From positions 806 through 64,805 of IMG/VR virus record IMGVR_UViG_3300037310_000240: a DNA stretch of 64,000 bases; one strand, 5' to 3'. Numbering within the stretch: the first letter of the stretch is position 1; each line of letters begins with the position of its first letter. The DNA comes from a virus. The translations under genes and the position numbers were made by a program. The notes under the pieces were generated by a model. It did no database searches. It was given only the letters and a program-made list of their open reading frames with translations, and was not told the origin of the DNA. Below are positions 39,101 to 45,626 of the stretch, piece by piece.

Positions 39101-40570
39101 TTCTTCAATTTCCTCGGCGGCTCGATCGCGGCCGGCCTCGTGAACCTGTCGCAGCCGGTGATGATGACGCTGCCGTACCTGTCGCGCTACGGCGTGGCCC
39201 GTGCCTCGTCGGCTCTGGCCAAGTCGCTGCGCCACACCGGCAACTGGCTGCGCAACAACCGTGTCAGCGATCCGGTCCTGAACGCGGCCATGAAGCGCGC
39301 GCAGGAACTCGGGATCATCGAGCCGCAGGAGGTCTTTCAGCTGATGGCTGCCGCCGAGTCGGGCGCCGGGTCTCTGCTGCAGCACAAGTTCATGCGGGTA
39401 TGGGGGTACAACTTCGCGATCACCGAGGCGTTCAACCGCACGCTGACCTTCGGCGCGGCCTACGACATGGCGCGCCAGATGACGCCGCAACAGCTGTCGG
39501 CAAGCGGCGCCGCCAACGCGTTCGACTTCGCGGTGCGCGCGGTCGAGGACACGCAGGGCCTGTACAACAAGGGCAACCGCCCCAACTGGGCGCGCGAGAC
39601 CGGGCCGCTCGGCGCGCTCGGCACCGTGATGTTCACCTTCAAGCAGTACTCGATCGCGTACGTGGAGTTCCTGAAGCGTCTGTACGGCGACGGCTTGCTG
39701 CCGAAGAAGGAATTCCTGATGGCGATCGGGGTGTTGATGCTGGCGGCCGGGGCCAACGGCCTGCCCGGGTCGGACGACATCGACGATCTGATCGACACCT
39801 TGGGCAACTGGCTGGGCTACCCCACCAACTCGAAGAAGTTCAAGCGCGACATCCTGCTGTCCCTCGGTCTGGACGAGACCGGGGCGGACTTTGTGCAGCG
39901 CGGCATTTCGACCTTCCTCCCACTCGACATCCAGTCCCGCCTCGGGGTGGGCAACCTCGTCCCGGGGACCGCCCTGTTCAGCCCGACAAAGGCCGACAAG
40001 AGCCGGGAGGCGACCGACGTGCTGGGGCCGGCCGGCGGCGTCGTCCAGAACCTCGTGGACACGGCCAAGGCGGCGGCGAAGGGGGACGTGAGGGGTGCGC
40101 TGCTGGCGCCCCTGCCGAAGGCCGTACGCGATCTGGCGATGGGCATTGAAATGGCCCGGACCGGCCAGATGAAGGACCTGCAGGGGCGGCTTGTCAGGAA
40201 ATCGACACCCGCCGATGCGGCCGTGAAGGCGGCCGGGTTCATGCCCGAGGATGCCGCCCGGGAGGCGTACGAGGAACGGGTGCTGAAGGCCGACGTTGAC
40301 ATCGTGAAGGCCAAGAAGCAGGAGATTCACAACAAGCTGGCGCGCGCCCTCGCCGAGGGGGATGCCGACGCGCGCGGGAAGGCGATGCGCGAACTGGCCG
40401 AGTGGAACCGCAGCGCGGACAAGGATTACCGCATTGTCATCAACCCGAGGGCTGTGTCGCAGCAGGCCATGCAGATGCGCATGACCCGGGAGCAGAGGTT
40501 CACCAAGGCGGCGCCCAAGGAACAGCGCGGCGAGGTGCAGCGCCGCCTGCAGGCCCTGCACGTGGATTGA
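30179..40570 (+). CDS. giant polyvalent (injected) protein, ~3463 aa, with zincin, P-loop kinase (zeta-like), RelE/MuF-C-like, GNAT, ART-like and PLxRFG domains
   Basis: TAATG coupling at 30177-30181; HELGHH ~32261; GGTGSGKT ~34385; FVRPDMRGEGLG ~36645; FEKWFGNS..V..DGSP..VLHGT...QVKSAIGN ~36980-37800; YAPLMRFG ~38545. Confidence 0.85.
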   Translation: MGDRPLRPPNAAERRMAVQVGLTPEEAAWDAANNLSEGNLAELEREIRRAKDPKIKATLVAERERILRDDPSVAAGAPPAPTTVHRQEAKEEGAEEFLDSIFGISTAKGRPGAAPTAVRRAETADEFLNGIFGGVLEEAEKKPAEPSGGFARRAGDAAIDLLAKGPVALGESAVGLLDILTLGGAGSALAIAGYDPKRTREILEGYYSDARKAANKEVGDAKGFVDTTLSMIQNPSTIAGMILESLPGTVGIAGVARQFATKVFVEAGKKAAAVGPLTPAMLEKAGREAVEAALPRILAVAAGAEGAQAAGSIAEQARQANRDWSEYVLPALAGGTGTAVIGLAGGKIAGTALGKKLGMADVETGIATAGMRKEVTEAPGLAKRVVGSAVREGVLEEMPQSAQEQAMQNIAEGKPVGEDVGKAAAQGMLAGSGMGGLYGAVSRPREAAPETAPATAPAVTVEAAAAEAPVVVSAEQVRALAGERIEELAARERLGPAPEKFVGRDENGNAIFEKQEQERITPAERRELRNLRAALNRKNDDELGAILGVQVGGTDEAGQQQPDVAQPAAGTATAADQQNLAAQGVGGAGAPAAAAGERVAPAGTRIVAQEELPDSDTEVEVGIGGQNYKATRLGKRTFGYLQRLSKALFNKDIVLVEHQNASKESWFNGITMPDDNNIYLSRDATDAHASVVFGHELGHHLRKEAGETWGKLADTVISLANPDWMQRMRAQYTGSEGLSDEAVKEEMVNDILGNRFGEKQFWTQLFQRIEQQDGQPAMQRVFNAVKGWFTNLLTRARVRGFETDSYVKDLAAARTAVVDAMSDYIKIRSAPAAATAAPAAAPEPSAAEAARAFRAQQTEALTREPSLQEILSQRAEQGMRSAVRTRGEERVMEEAARHLTGDEAAKLRPDLARKMVDLLTKLPTAKEMAAVAHAGRAKRGWYRESAEAIMRVFGPDAPRFAAMLAATSPQTSVEYNLLNALTIWKNWVQAGRPTTDKEILDIMGDSVLQSPIHNRDKEQIFRLGAKLGMKLDGGKDAIADRIVNFANSSPENGQRVRNYSVLDAWVKNTQRALTAAEPASLVLSGPKVNSFFRNLLGHVNEVTNDAWMAAYAAVDQKLFGGTLNVSGTEPGKRPGYLAMSARVRETSKLLTKLTGDTWTPVEVQETIWAWAKTLYEMRERAGEQRTMPEILSDTDAINQLIQATPDFGSLFNERIYQDLLAEAGLDPTRARSDWGGRAPAVAAVAADAGQKAPFAGRTQGQLERQAAARLEGVKQQRDKEGKKSAFRVTDKAYVGNGLAIQKGDNLLPEQRAVEESAARMVIEDLDGTIARYGKLDGAYGGRYLNTDLARELVPEYAASKASRALHSASVHEPMSFLVKKMYERRLAMPRDPKRNFEVFFTAGGTGSGKTTGLKTYAALYKRAMNADMIYDTNLNTLGSSMQKISQALRSGRDATVMFVYRDPVTAFVEGTLPRAVRQGRAVPLAEHLRTHVGVATTVPQLRREFGGNRKVYFIYLDNGTQGYGKKNAVIIQPARYNEFDRRMQERASDEAALHKELIDGLRESEVAGRVSEDVVRGTLGGSGEVPREGRGRGAGEARGDRGGRDVSRLAEGRGNVGRGEGQAGPAWLTREPSGEAQYSKVRNKTQLSIGDAPPAKTGEAFVVYRAATSAPQLAGRNAGNSDGVARYLANMDDIDAPSYGAEATHVHAFLVRTTKPFGDYDVIVRGARDRAPREEAPVGKFEHQGGAVAYSFERGGAWTAEYLGSVPIEDLRKQLSATFRDVTKERGRVTSFDDAGSAIGGEAIRRAFAPMVRAHGKEVPNRSAFRVQEGEAYWPSIEKLIERMENGATEFDRKVASTTKIPVMQTPDALRAVRALRHNRYVVSTAGNVWMKGTDQHHESKHGTAIPRETLERLPELLADPIAIYHKSEFDKRNQKVARTINGDTFLVITRARLPNGDYVAAAVAPDKYAGQMVNFVKSVHPRTPQQINTYAQHLLYYDEREARNKTGLPSAGPTASDQSTGQSRGPNGWLTVPTQRGAVKIPSRSDVENRQLLAQRSTVRTPENEAARQAADLAERAREEGYETLDDLLLRDPRRFNELAAEWRADNPLYSKFRTQLTHGDSSIRNRSMYVGNRKVGETTVYRDGTDTAHLSSIFVRPDMRGEGLGSATVDAFVRDAKELVPNGRYITAEVVNQRIYDMLKRRLGEPTQIGEEGQYSEQDLREYLPTKPDAKAKQLTWDRKMYVRWLNEVTFEDAKKSTMRLVQSKAFEKWFGNSVVVHNDGSPKMVLHGTFGDFVEFDPQKTYESSYAGRGIYLTDSPVDASENYANRLGPDVDWKVRQYRDEQVLGSEEWGPEELMAWWQNNRDRNRTEPLSPDEERAAALAIAEQEVLGIHGPHIMPLFARIEKPFKIGYGNDSTRFNMRDVPRMRRALEKLADEVDDESVAEAGLRVFVNEVHDKGRVFADWIIEEGLGLEVTDARTGEFLNNGSIANRLARYMGFDGIQMNAGYYFGPRMPQTRGATHYVAFDSSQVKSAIGNAGTYGRHSRNILRSAMRTNIANAIANTNLPSGFVGAVRDNLSDIIRPTEAEHFNWFHRSIGTQLHKARVNPFFSKVFNLGQKFLDDVAMFAMRAQSLAPDILPNLGKLSWKALRGGVSSRDNELLGQALAEGTLQNGPDPHTGVVWTDADLRSRYNMNDYQISLYRQARAAIDQSLDDIGKAQMAQMARTAGVPQAVIEQQMEQHLTLPQVQANLTAALNQLPQTRGRDNALKTVRSIGGETAVLKGAGYAPLMRFGKYTVTVHDRQGNREWFSMHETKAEAQRTKDRVMASQYPASQGYTAQTGEMNEESYKRFAGVSPATIEAFFNNVPLSNATEEAMRQAYMQMAISNRSAMSRMMRREGVPGFSKDATRNLAHFIASNSRQASKIVNMPQLLRAAEEATEQGGGDIGAEADKLIRYISDPAEGAQKFRSFLFFNFLGGSIAAGLVNLSQPVMMTLPYLSRYGVARASSALAKSLRHTGNWLRNNRVSDPVLNAAMKRAQELGIIEPQEVFQLMAAAESGAGSLLQHKFMRVWGYNFAITEAFNRTLTFGAAYDMARQMTPQQLSASGAANAFDFAVRAVEDTQGLYNKGNRPNWARETGPLGALGTVMFTFKQYSIAYVEFLKRLYGDGLLPKKEFLMAIGVLMLAAGANGLPGSDDIDDLIDTLGNWLGYPTNSKKFKRDILLSLGLDETGADFVQRGISTFLPLDIQSRLGVGNLVPGTALFSPTKADKSREATDVLGPAGGVVQNLVDTAKAAAKGDVRGALLAPLPKAVRDLAMGIEMARTGQMKDLQGRLVRKSTPADAAVKAAGFMPEDAAREAYEERVLKADVDIVKAKKQEIHNKLARALAEGDADARGKAMRELAEWNRSADKDYRIVINPRAVSQQAMQMRMTREQRFTKAAPKEQRGEVQRRLQALHVD
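31842..32111 (+). CDS. candidate overprinted ORF (+1 frame) inside the giant gene
   Basis: SD GGAGGA before ATG; GC3 bias shifts to this frame for about 55 codons. Confidence 0.35.
   Translation: MKLVSSNPMLHNPLLGQRQRQINKISLLKAWVERERQQLRLVSALPQPEHGSLLKRNCPTAILRSRLVSGGKTTKPPALASAPSDTSSG
33813..33998 (+). CDS. candidate overprinted ORF (+1 frame) inside the giant gene
   Basis: SD GGAG 8 nt before ATG; GC-ending codons in this frame. Confidence 0.35.
   Translation: MNASTKTFSQKPDSTQLARAATGVAALQQSPPSPQTQDKRRRLLGALKANSNAKPQPASKA
34854..35063 (+). CDS. candidate overprinted ORF (+1 frame), possible antitoxin of the zeta-like domain
   Basis: SD AAGGA 8 nt before ATG; 69-aa acidic helical product while the main frame becomes G/R low-complexity. 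Confidence 0.5.
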   Translation: MAYVSQRLLDEYQKMSSEELSAEAEKYLVKDGDEARERRAAIAAVGMSRGLQKVAEMSEEERVKLDQLG

Positions 40571-40737
40571 GCGGGAACGGTCCGGGCGTGGGCAGATTCC
40601 CTCCCCGGCGAGGTCTGGAGTGCTGGAGCGCCCGCTTTCTGACGAGAGGCGCTACAACCGTGAGTCTACGATCAGATCTGCCAGCCTAGCAGGCCCACGT
40701 TCGGCCCGCGCTCGTCTCGCTGCGTAACAACAATAAC

Positions 40738-41070
40738 CTATTCCAGCGGGTCGCCCTGCGCCAGCGCCCCCGCCAGCTGTCCCGGCATCGGCACGTTGAG
40801 CGGCATCACCACGTTGCCGTTCGTCGAGTGCTGGTGGCACTCGAACGTGTAGCGCATCTGCGCCAGCTGCGCCTTCAGTTCGTTCACTTCCTTCTGCTGG
40901 TTGTAGACCACCGAGCGCAGCAACTCGACCTGCTCGTATTCCTTGAGGTCCGCCCACTTGCGCTTGCGCTTCTGCGCTTCCAGAATCTGCTGCGCCACCG
41001 GCTTCGTTGCATCGCCTGCGACAGGCTGCGTTGCGGCGGGGACCACCACCTTCTCTGCCTTCTCGATCAC
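40738..41070 (-). CDS. hypothetical coiled-coil protein
   Basis: GTG start with SD GAGGAG. Confidence 0.65.
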   Translation of the reverse strand: MIEKAEKVVVPAATQPVAGDATKPVAQQILEAQKRKRKWADLKEYEQVELLRSVVYNQQKEVNELKAQLAQMRYTFECHQHSTNGNVVMPLNVPMPGQLAGALAQGDPLE

Positions 41071-41627
41071 AGTTCTCTCCTCTTGATTGGATCCAGCTTT
41101 TTCCCGTTCGGCAACCACCACCCGCGCGGCTGTGCCGCGTAGGGAAGATACAGCGGGTGTGCCGGTTGCCCGCTGCGATTCAGCTTCAGCGCGTGGACGT
41201 ACAGCGTCCCGCGCCGCTCAAGCATGTCCAGCACCGCCTCTCCACGACCGCGCAGCTTCCCGTGTTCGCCCCACGCCATGACGGCCATGCCGCCGTTGTT
41301 GAAGGCGTTGTCGATCACGGCGTAGATGATGTCGTCGTTCTTCGGTCCCACCGGGTCGGGGTCGTTGTACAGCGCCTGCGGGTCGGTGCTGCGCAGCGCG
41401 AAGATGTTCACCACCTCCAGAGACCCGAACCCCAAGTCCCTTGCTCGCCGCTCGCACCTCTCGACCGTGGGGTCGTTGAAGCTCTCGTTGGCTGTTGACG
41501 GGTTGAGCATGCAGAACACGCACACCCCGCCCTCCGAATCGAAATTCCACCTGCGCCATAGTCGGTAGCGGTACTTCATGTCGTCGGAGAAGATCGCCCC
41601 GCTCCTGCTGTCACCGAGCGTTTTCAT
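41067..41627 (-). CDS. DUF1643 family protein
   Basis: YRYRLWRRW, MLNPSTA, DPT, VNIFALRSTDP, AWG and PAHPLY motifs. Confidence 0.88.
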   Translation of the reverse strand: MKTLGDSRSGAIFSDDMKYRYRLWRRWNFDSEGGVCVFCMLNPSTANESFNDPTVERCERRARDLGFGSLEVVNIFALRSTDPQALYNDPDPVGPKNDDIIYAVIDNAFNNGGMAVMAWGEHGKLRGRGEAVLDMLERRGTLYVHALKLNRSGQPAHPLYLPYAAQPRGWWLPNGKKLDPIKRREL

Positions 41628-41848
41628 CGCGGCCTCTCCAGCAGGTTCAGGTACTGCCCCATTCCGTTCTGTCGCAGCAGACGCTTGGCGACGCAAATCC
41701 AGTTGTTCGCGGATCGCGGTTCATCGCCTAGGTGGCACGACAGGATTATCGCCAGTCTTCGTGTCGGGTCCACCAGCTTTCGGTGCGACCCCTTTGCCCG
41801 CTCTATGGTCCACCCTGCCGCCGTCAGGCGCGACAGGATTTCGTTCAC
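41624..41848 (-). CDS. HicA-like mRNA interferase
   Basis: ILSRLTAAGWTIERAKGSHRKL...H, the HicA GSH signature. Confidence 0.65.
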   Translation of the reverse strand: MNEILSRLTAAGWTIERAKGSHRKLVDPTRRLAIILSCHLGDEPRSANNWICVAKRLLRQNGMGQYLNLLERPR

Positions 41849-42059
41849 CCTGCTGCTGCGTGTTAGTCGCACGGCCACACCTCCATTCACAGTTGTCGAG
41901 AATGTACCAGCTGCCCAAGACGATCACGGCGATCACCACGCCCGCACCGAACAGCGCGCCGAGCATGAAGTTCCACCACGCCCGCACCTCGTTGAACACG
42001 AACCAATGCTGCAGGTCCTGCTCGCTGTAGGCGAACGCCTTGTCAGTAACCGGACGCAC
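41721..42059 (-). CDS. membrane protein
   Basis: TM segment FMLGALFGAGVVIAVIVLG; 3' part overlaps the HicA-like gene. Confidence 0.55.
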   Translation of the reverse strand: MRPVTDKAFAYSEQDLQHWFVFNEVRAWWNFMLGALFGAGVVIAVIVLGSWYILDNCEWRCGRATNTQQQGERNPVAPDGGRVDHRAGKGVAPKAGGPDTKTGDNPVVPPRR

Positions 42060-42441
42060 CGCCCGTCCCTCCCCGGTTCTGGTCGAACCTTTGCTTGCTC
42101 GGATTCTCGTACTTGTTGCGCAAGCGGTCCACCTCCGTCTTCAGAAGAGCAGTCTCGACCTGCAACTTCTGAATCTCCGAAAGCCTTGCCTTGATGCGGT
42201 CTGGAACCTCGTGCTTGTAGAACGACGAGGACATGCCCAACGCCTCGCAGATGTCCTTGATAAGGATGGTGTCCTTGATGTAGCGGCTGAGAATGCTCAG
42301 GCCGTAGAAAATCACCGAGACAAACCCGAGCGCGATCAGGACATCGACGCCGTACTTGGCGATCAGGTAGGCGATGAACGCCCACTTCGCATCCCCGCCG
42401 ATCGTGGACAGCAGCTTGACGATGGTTTCTAGTTCAGTCAT
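42043..42441 (-). CDS. membrane protein with coiled coil
   Basis: SD GGAGG; hydrophobic segments. Confidence 0.65.
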   Translation of the reverse strand: MTELETIVKLLSTIGGDAKWAFIAYLIAKYGVDVLIALGFVSVIFYGLSILSRYIKDTILIKDICEALGMSSSFYKHEVPDRIKARLSEIQKLQVETALLKTEVDRLRNKYENPSKQRFDQNRGGTGGASGY

Positions 42442-42725
42442 TTCATCCTCCACTTGGGATACGGGCTTTGTGCATCGAACTCGGCCTCGTACATCGGGAT
42501 CACAGCCCCGTCCTGAACGATGTCAAAGTCGGGGTGCCACCCGATGTAGTAAACCCGATCCTCGATCGGGCTGTGCTGTACCTCTAGGACGATCATGCGG
42601 TGGAACAGGTTCTCGCCCTCGCCGCGCTGGGCGCCGATGAAAAAGGTGCTGTTCACGGTGAAGCGCCCAAGGCGGCGATCGAGGTGCTTGCCTCGACCGG
42701 CCTTGGGCGTGTCGCTAACAGCCAC
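42438..42725 (-). CDS. hypothetical protein
   Basis: Contiguous in operon; HPDFD...IPMY motif. Confidence 0.65.
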   Translation of the reverse strand: MAVSDTPKAGRGKHLDRRLGRFTVNSTFFIGAQRGEGENLFHRMIVLEVQHSPIEDRVYYIGWHPDFDIVQDGAVIPMYEAEFDAQSPYPKWRMK

Positions 42726-42728
42726 TGC

Positions 42729-44129
42729 CTACCTCGCCGCGCTCTCGCTGGCGCGGATGTACTCGATGATCGCCTCCGACCATCCGTCGATGTGCGTCCA
42801 CGGACCGTAGCCGATGCCGTTCTTGTAGGTAGCGACGTTCACGAAGTAGGCGAGCGACCCGGCAAGCGGAGGCGGGATGTTGGTGTGGCTCTGCTCGTCG
42901 GTGAGGACGATGATGCGGTCGTAGTTCCGGCCATTCGCGAGTTTGACCGCCTCGTCGGTGTTGGTTCCGCCGCCCGGTCCGGCGTGGATCGCATCGCGCA
43001 GCGCGAAGCCGCGCCGAGGCGGGATGGCTTGGGCGTGGGTGCCGAAGCCGATCACAGCACAATCCTCGCAGATTTCGCGCAGCAGGATGGCGAGCGCCGC
43101 CGCCGCGTCGAAGCGCGTCATGTCGCTCTTGTTGGACAGGCGGTCCCGCATCGAGCCGCTGTTGTCTACAACGAGGGTCGTGTTGCCCGGCAGCTTCTCG
43201 GCCGTGAGCAGGGCGCGCATCATCATGCGCTCGATCATCGGCTCCCACGAAGGAACCGCGCGCGCCGCCGCCACGAAGCGGAACGGCAACACACGGTCGA
43301 GTTTGACCTTCCCGGCGTACTCGCCCACGAGCGCCGAATCGACCCCAGCCTTCTCCATGTTGCGCAGGTTGCGCAGGAACGCGAGCGCGCCCAGCTTCCC
43401 CTCCTGCATCAAGCGGGTGAACGTCTCTTTCTTGTCCGCCCCCTTCGACAACGCGACCTCCCACGTGTCGGGAACCGTGAGGGTGCGGTCGATGATCTTG
43501 CGCCACAGCCGTTCGCCGAGGGACGACTGCGCCTCGGCGACCGCCTCCTGCCCGAGGGTGATCGTGGTCTGCCGGCGCCATTCCTTGTTGCGCCCTGCGG
43601 TGCCCCCTGCCGGCTTGGCGTGGGACAGGAACAGCGCGTCGCGCAGCTTCACGATGCCGTCGCGGTCGTACTTCGCGAAGTCGAACTCGCTGAAGTTGTG
43701 GAACGCCTTGGCGAGTCCCTTTTTCACCTGCGCCGAGAGCGGCTGGTTGGGCTTGTCCTTCCAGTAGATCGCGAGGAATTCCGCAATCTCGTCGGCGCGC
43801 TGGATGATGTTCGGAAGCAGGGCGCCGACCACGTGCTTGTGGCTCGGCAACCGGGCCATGATGCGCGCCAGCATCAGCGGCGCGTGGCGCAGCTTCATCT
43901 TGGTGCGGGCATCGATCGCCATGTCGGCGACCGCCTCCGGCTTCACGCTCGGGACGAGCAGCTGCAGCCGATCGACGATCGACACGCCGTCCTCGTAGAA
44001 CGTGTCCTCCCACAGCAGGCAGGCCATGATCGAGCGGCGCAGTGCCCGCTCGGGGTGGATATGCGCGGCAGTCGCGCCCTCGTGGGTGAACACCGGGCCA
44101 CGCTTCGCGGCTACGTTCGTCTTGCTCAT
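42729..44129 (-). CDS. rsr: TROVE-domain Ro60/Rsr RNA-binding protein with vWA domain
   Basis: THEG, LLWEDTFYE, RADE, KKGLAKAF..F..FDFAKY, TWEVALS, ALAFLRNLRN, LPFRF, DNSGSM, GGGT and LTDEQ motifs; SD GGAGG. Confidence 0.92.
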   Translation of the reverse strand: MSKTNVAAKRGPVFTHEGATAAHIHPERALRRSIMACLLWEDTFYEDGVSIVDRLQLLVPSVKPEAVADMAIDARTKMKLRHAPLMLARIMARLPSHKHVVGALLPNIIQRADEIAEFLAIYWKDKPNQPLSAQVKKGLAKAFHNFSEFDFAKYDRDGIVKLRDALFLSHAKPAGGTAGRNKEWRRQTTITLGQEAVAEAQSSLGERLWRKIIDRTLTVPDTWEVALSKGADKKETFTRLMQEGKLGALAFLRNLRNMEKAGVDSALVGEYAGKVKLDRVLPFRFVAAARAVPSWEPMIERMMMRALLTAEKLPGNTTLVVDNSGSMRDRLSNKSDMTRFDAAAALAILLREICEDCAVIGFGTHAQAIPPRRGFALRDAIHAGPGGGTNTDEAVKLANGRNYDRIIVLTDEQSHTNIPPPLAGSLAYFVNVATYKNGIGYGPWTHIDGWSEAIIEYIRASESAAR

Positions 44130-44150
44130 GCGGCACCTCCCTCTCTATGT

Positions 44151-44227
44151 TCGCGGGAACAATTGCTTGCAGTCTGGCCCGAAGGCCATTCGCTCACGTG
44201 AAGTAACTGCTTGCGTACGCCACGCGA
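44151..44227 (-). ncRNA. short Y-RNA-like ncRNA (copy 3)
   Basis: Paired ends, conserved GTGGCGTA/TACTTC/TGTTCCC blocks, GGCC-TTCG-GGCC hairpin. Confidence 0.7.
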
Positions 44228-44234
44228 TTCTTCA

Positions 44235-44360
44235 GGCGGGAACAAATCGATTGCGGCACTAGGCAGTGCTCTACCACTGAGCTACACCGCCTCTCAGCGG
44301 TGACGGGAATCGAACCCGCGACACACGGCTTAGAGAAGTATCCGCTATCTACGCCACGCC
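44235..44360 (-). ncRNA. yrlA: YrlA-like Y RNA with circularly permuted tRNA-like module (copy 2)
   Basis: T arm GCGGGTTCGATTCCCGT, then closed acceptor-like stem CACCGC/GCGGTG, then D arm TAGCTCAGTGGTAGAGC, inside a terminal stem; adjacent to the Ro gene. Confidence 0.85.
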
Positions 44361-44391
44361 AATTCTTCAACCCCTCCGTTCCTGAATTCGT

Positions 44392-44454
44392 GCGGGGAAC
44401 TAAGCGAGTACGGCATCTTTCGTCAGAGGAAGTAGCCGTTCTCTACGCCACCGC
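44392..44454 (-). ncRNA. short Y-RNA-like ncRNA (copy 1)
   Basis: GCGG/CCGC ends, GTGGCGTA/TACTTC/AGTTCCC blocks, ACGGC/GCCGT stem. Confidence 0.7.
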
Positions 44455-44461
44455 GATTCGC

Positions 44462-44490
44462 ATCATAGTGTTGCGAGCAACAGAACGCAA
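44462..44490 (-). promoter_or_regulatory. sigma70-type promoter of the Y RNA-Ro operon
   Basis: TTGCGT-17 bp-TATGAT; predicted start ~44455 matches the 5' end of the first RNA; palindrome TGTTGC-TC-GCAACA in the spacer. Confidence 0.7.
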
Positions 44491-44507
44491 CATCTTTCGA
44501 CAGCTGT

Positions 44508-44756
44508 TCAGGACACCCGCCAGATCCGCCAGCGGCTCTTGTGGCGGATGTCCTTGCGGCAAGTGAACTTGCAGTTGTTCCGCCCGCCGTACAGGTAGGC
44601 CGCGTTCCGGGCGCGCTTCATCGTCTCGACGCTGGTCACGATGAACGAGTCGTTCACCTTCATGCGATCGAACGGGTACTTGCGCGTCTTGCCGCCCGGG
44701 TAGGCACTCACCGGGACGCCGCTTTCCACCTTGAATTCAACGGGTTTGCTTGCCAT
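44508..44756 (-). CDS. small putative DNA-binding phage protein
   Basis: KYPFDRMKVNDSF...RIWRV pattern, common in small phage proteins. Confidence 0.7.
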   Translation of the reverse strand: MASKPVEFKVESGVPVSAYPGGKTRKYPFDRMKVNDSFIVTSVETMKRARNAAYLYGGRNNCKFTCRKDIRHKSRWRIWRVS

Positions 44757-44771
44757 CTTGTCGCTCCGTTT

Positions 44772-45614
44772 CTATGCCACCACGCCCACGGCGCGAACGA
44801 CCTGATGCTCGCGCCTGCGGATGTACTCGGCGGTCTGCTCCGGGGTGCGGTGGCCGGCGATCTGCTGCGCGTCCTGCCCCTGAAGTTTGGCGTCGGTCAG
44901 GGCCTTGGCCCTGATGTCGTGGAAGGTGAACGATTCCTTGAGGGTGCCGCTCGCCAGCGCCCGATCCCTTGCCCGGCGGAACATGCACGAGAACCCGAAG
45001 TAGGAGTACGGGCGACCGTAGAGGTTCACGAACAGGTGTCCGCCGCTGCGCTTGGGCAGCGTGGCGCGATCTTGGTAAATTTTCACGACCCTCAAGTTTG
45101 CCTCGATCGCGACCTTGGACCCGGTTTTCTGCTGGGTTACTTGCAACAGCATCCTGTCGCTCGTGTCGTAGCAGAAATCCTCGATCCTGATGTTGAGCAG
45201 GTCGGACGCGCGCTGCCCGGTGGCGTAGGCGAGGTCCATCATGTCGGTGATGAACAGCCCCGCCTCATTGCGCACGGCAGCGAACTCGGCGTCGGTGACG
45301 TACCGTGTGCGCGGCTTCTCCACGTGCCCAGCCACACCGCGACAGGGGTTCATGTCCACCACCCCCCACCGCATCGCCATCGTGAACACGTGCGACAGCA
45401 ACGCCTTCTCCCGGTTGGCGCGCACCTTGGCGTGGGCGCCACGGCAGTCGAGGAACTGGGCCACGTGCTTCGGGCGGACGCTCTTGGGCCGCATCGATCC
45501 GAAGAACATCGACAGCGCCGTCGCCTGCGACAGGTTGTCCTTGAAGCTGCGCGGCGATTTCTTCGACGACACCTCGGACAGGTACTTGTTCAGCAACGCC
45601 TGCATCGTTCGCAT
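44772..45614 (-). CDS. int: tyrosine recombinase/integrase
   Basis: TGQR (R), QQKTG (K), FHDIR (HxxR), AGH and terminal Y. Confidence 0.92.
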   Translation of the reverse strand: MRTMQALLNKYLSEVSSKKSPRSFKDNLSQATALSMFFGSMRPKSVRPKHVAQFLDCRGAHAKVRANREKALLSHVFTMAMRWGVVDMNPCRGVAGHVEKPRTRYVTDAEFAAVRNEAGLFITDMMDLAYATGQRASDLLNIRIEDFCYDTSDRMLLQVTQQKTGSKVAIEANLRVVKIYQDRATLPKRSGGHLFVNLYGRPYSYFGFSCMFRRARDRALASGTLKESFTFHDIRAKALTDAKLQGQDAQQIAGHRTPEQTAEYIRRREHQVVRAVGVVA

Positions 45615-45626
45615 TGTGGTCTCCTG

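Noticed and set aside
44262-44325. Canonical tRNA gene
   Set aside because: The T arm precedes the D arm, the acceptor stem is closed by a loop and there is no anticodon arm or CCA end; this fits a YrlA-type mimic
44151-44454. CRISPR array
   Set aside because: Only three degenerate structured units with internal variable inserts, no identical direct repeats and no cas genes
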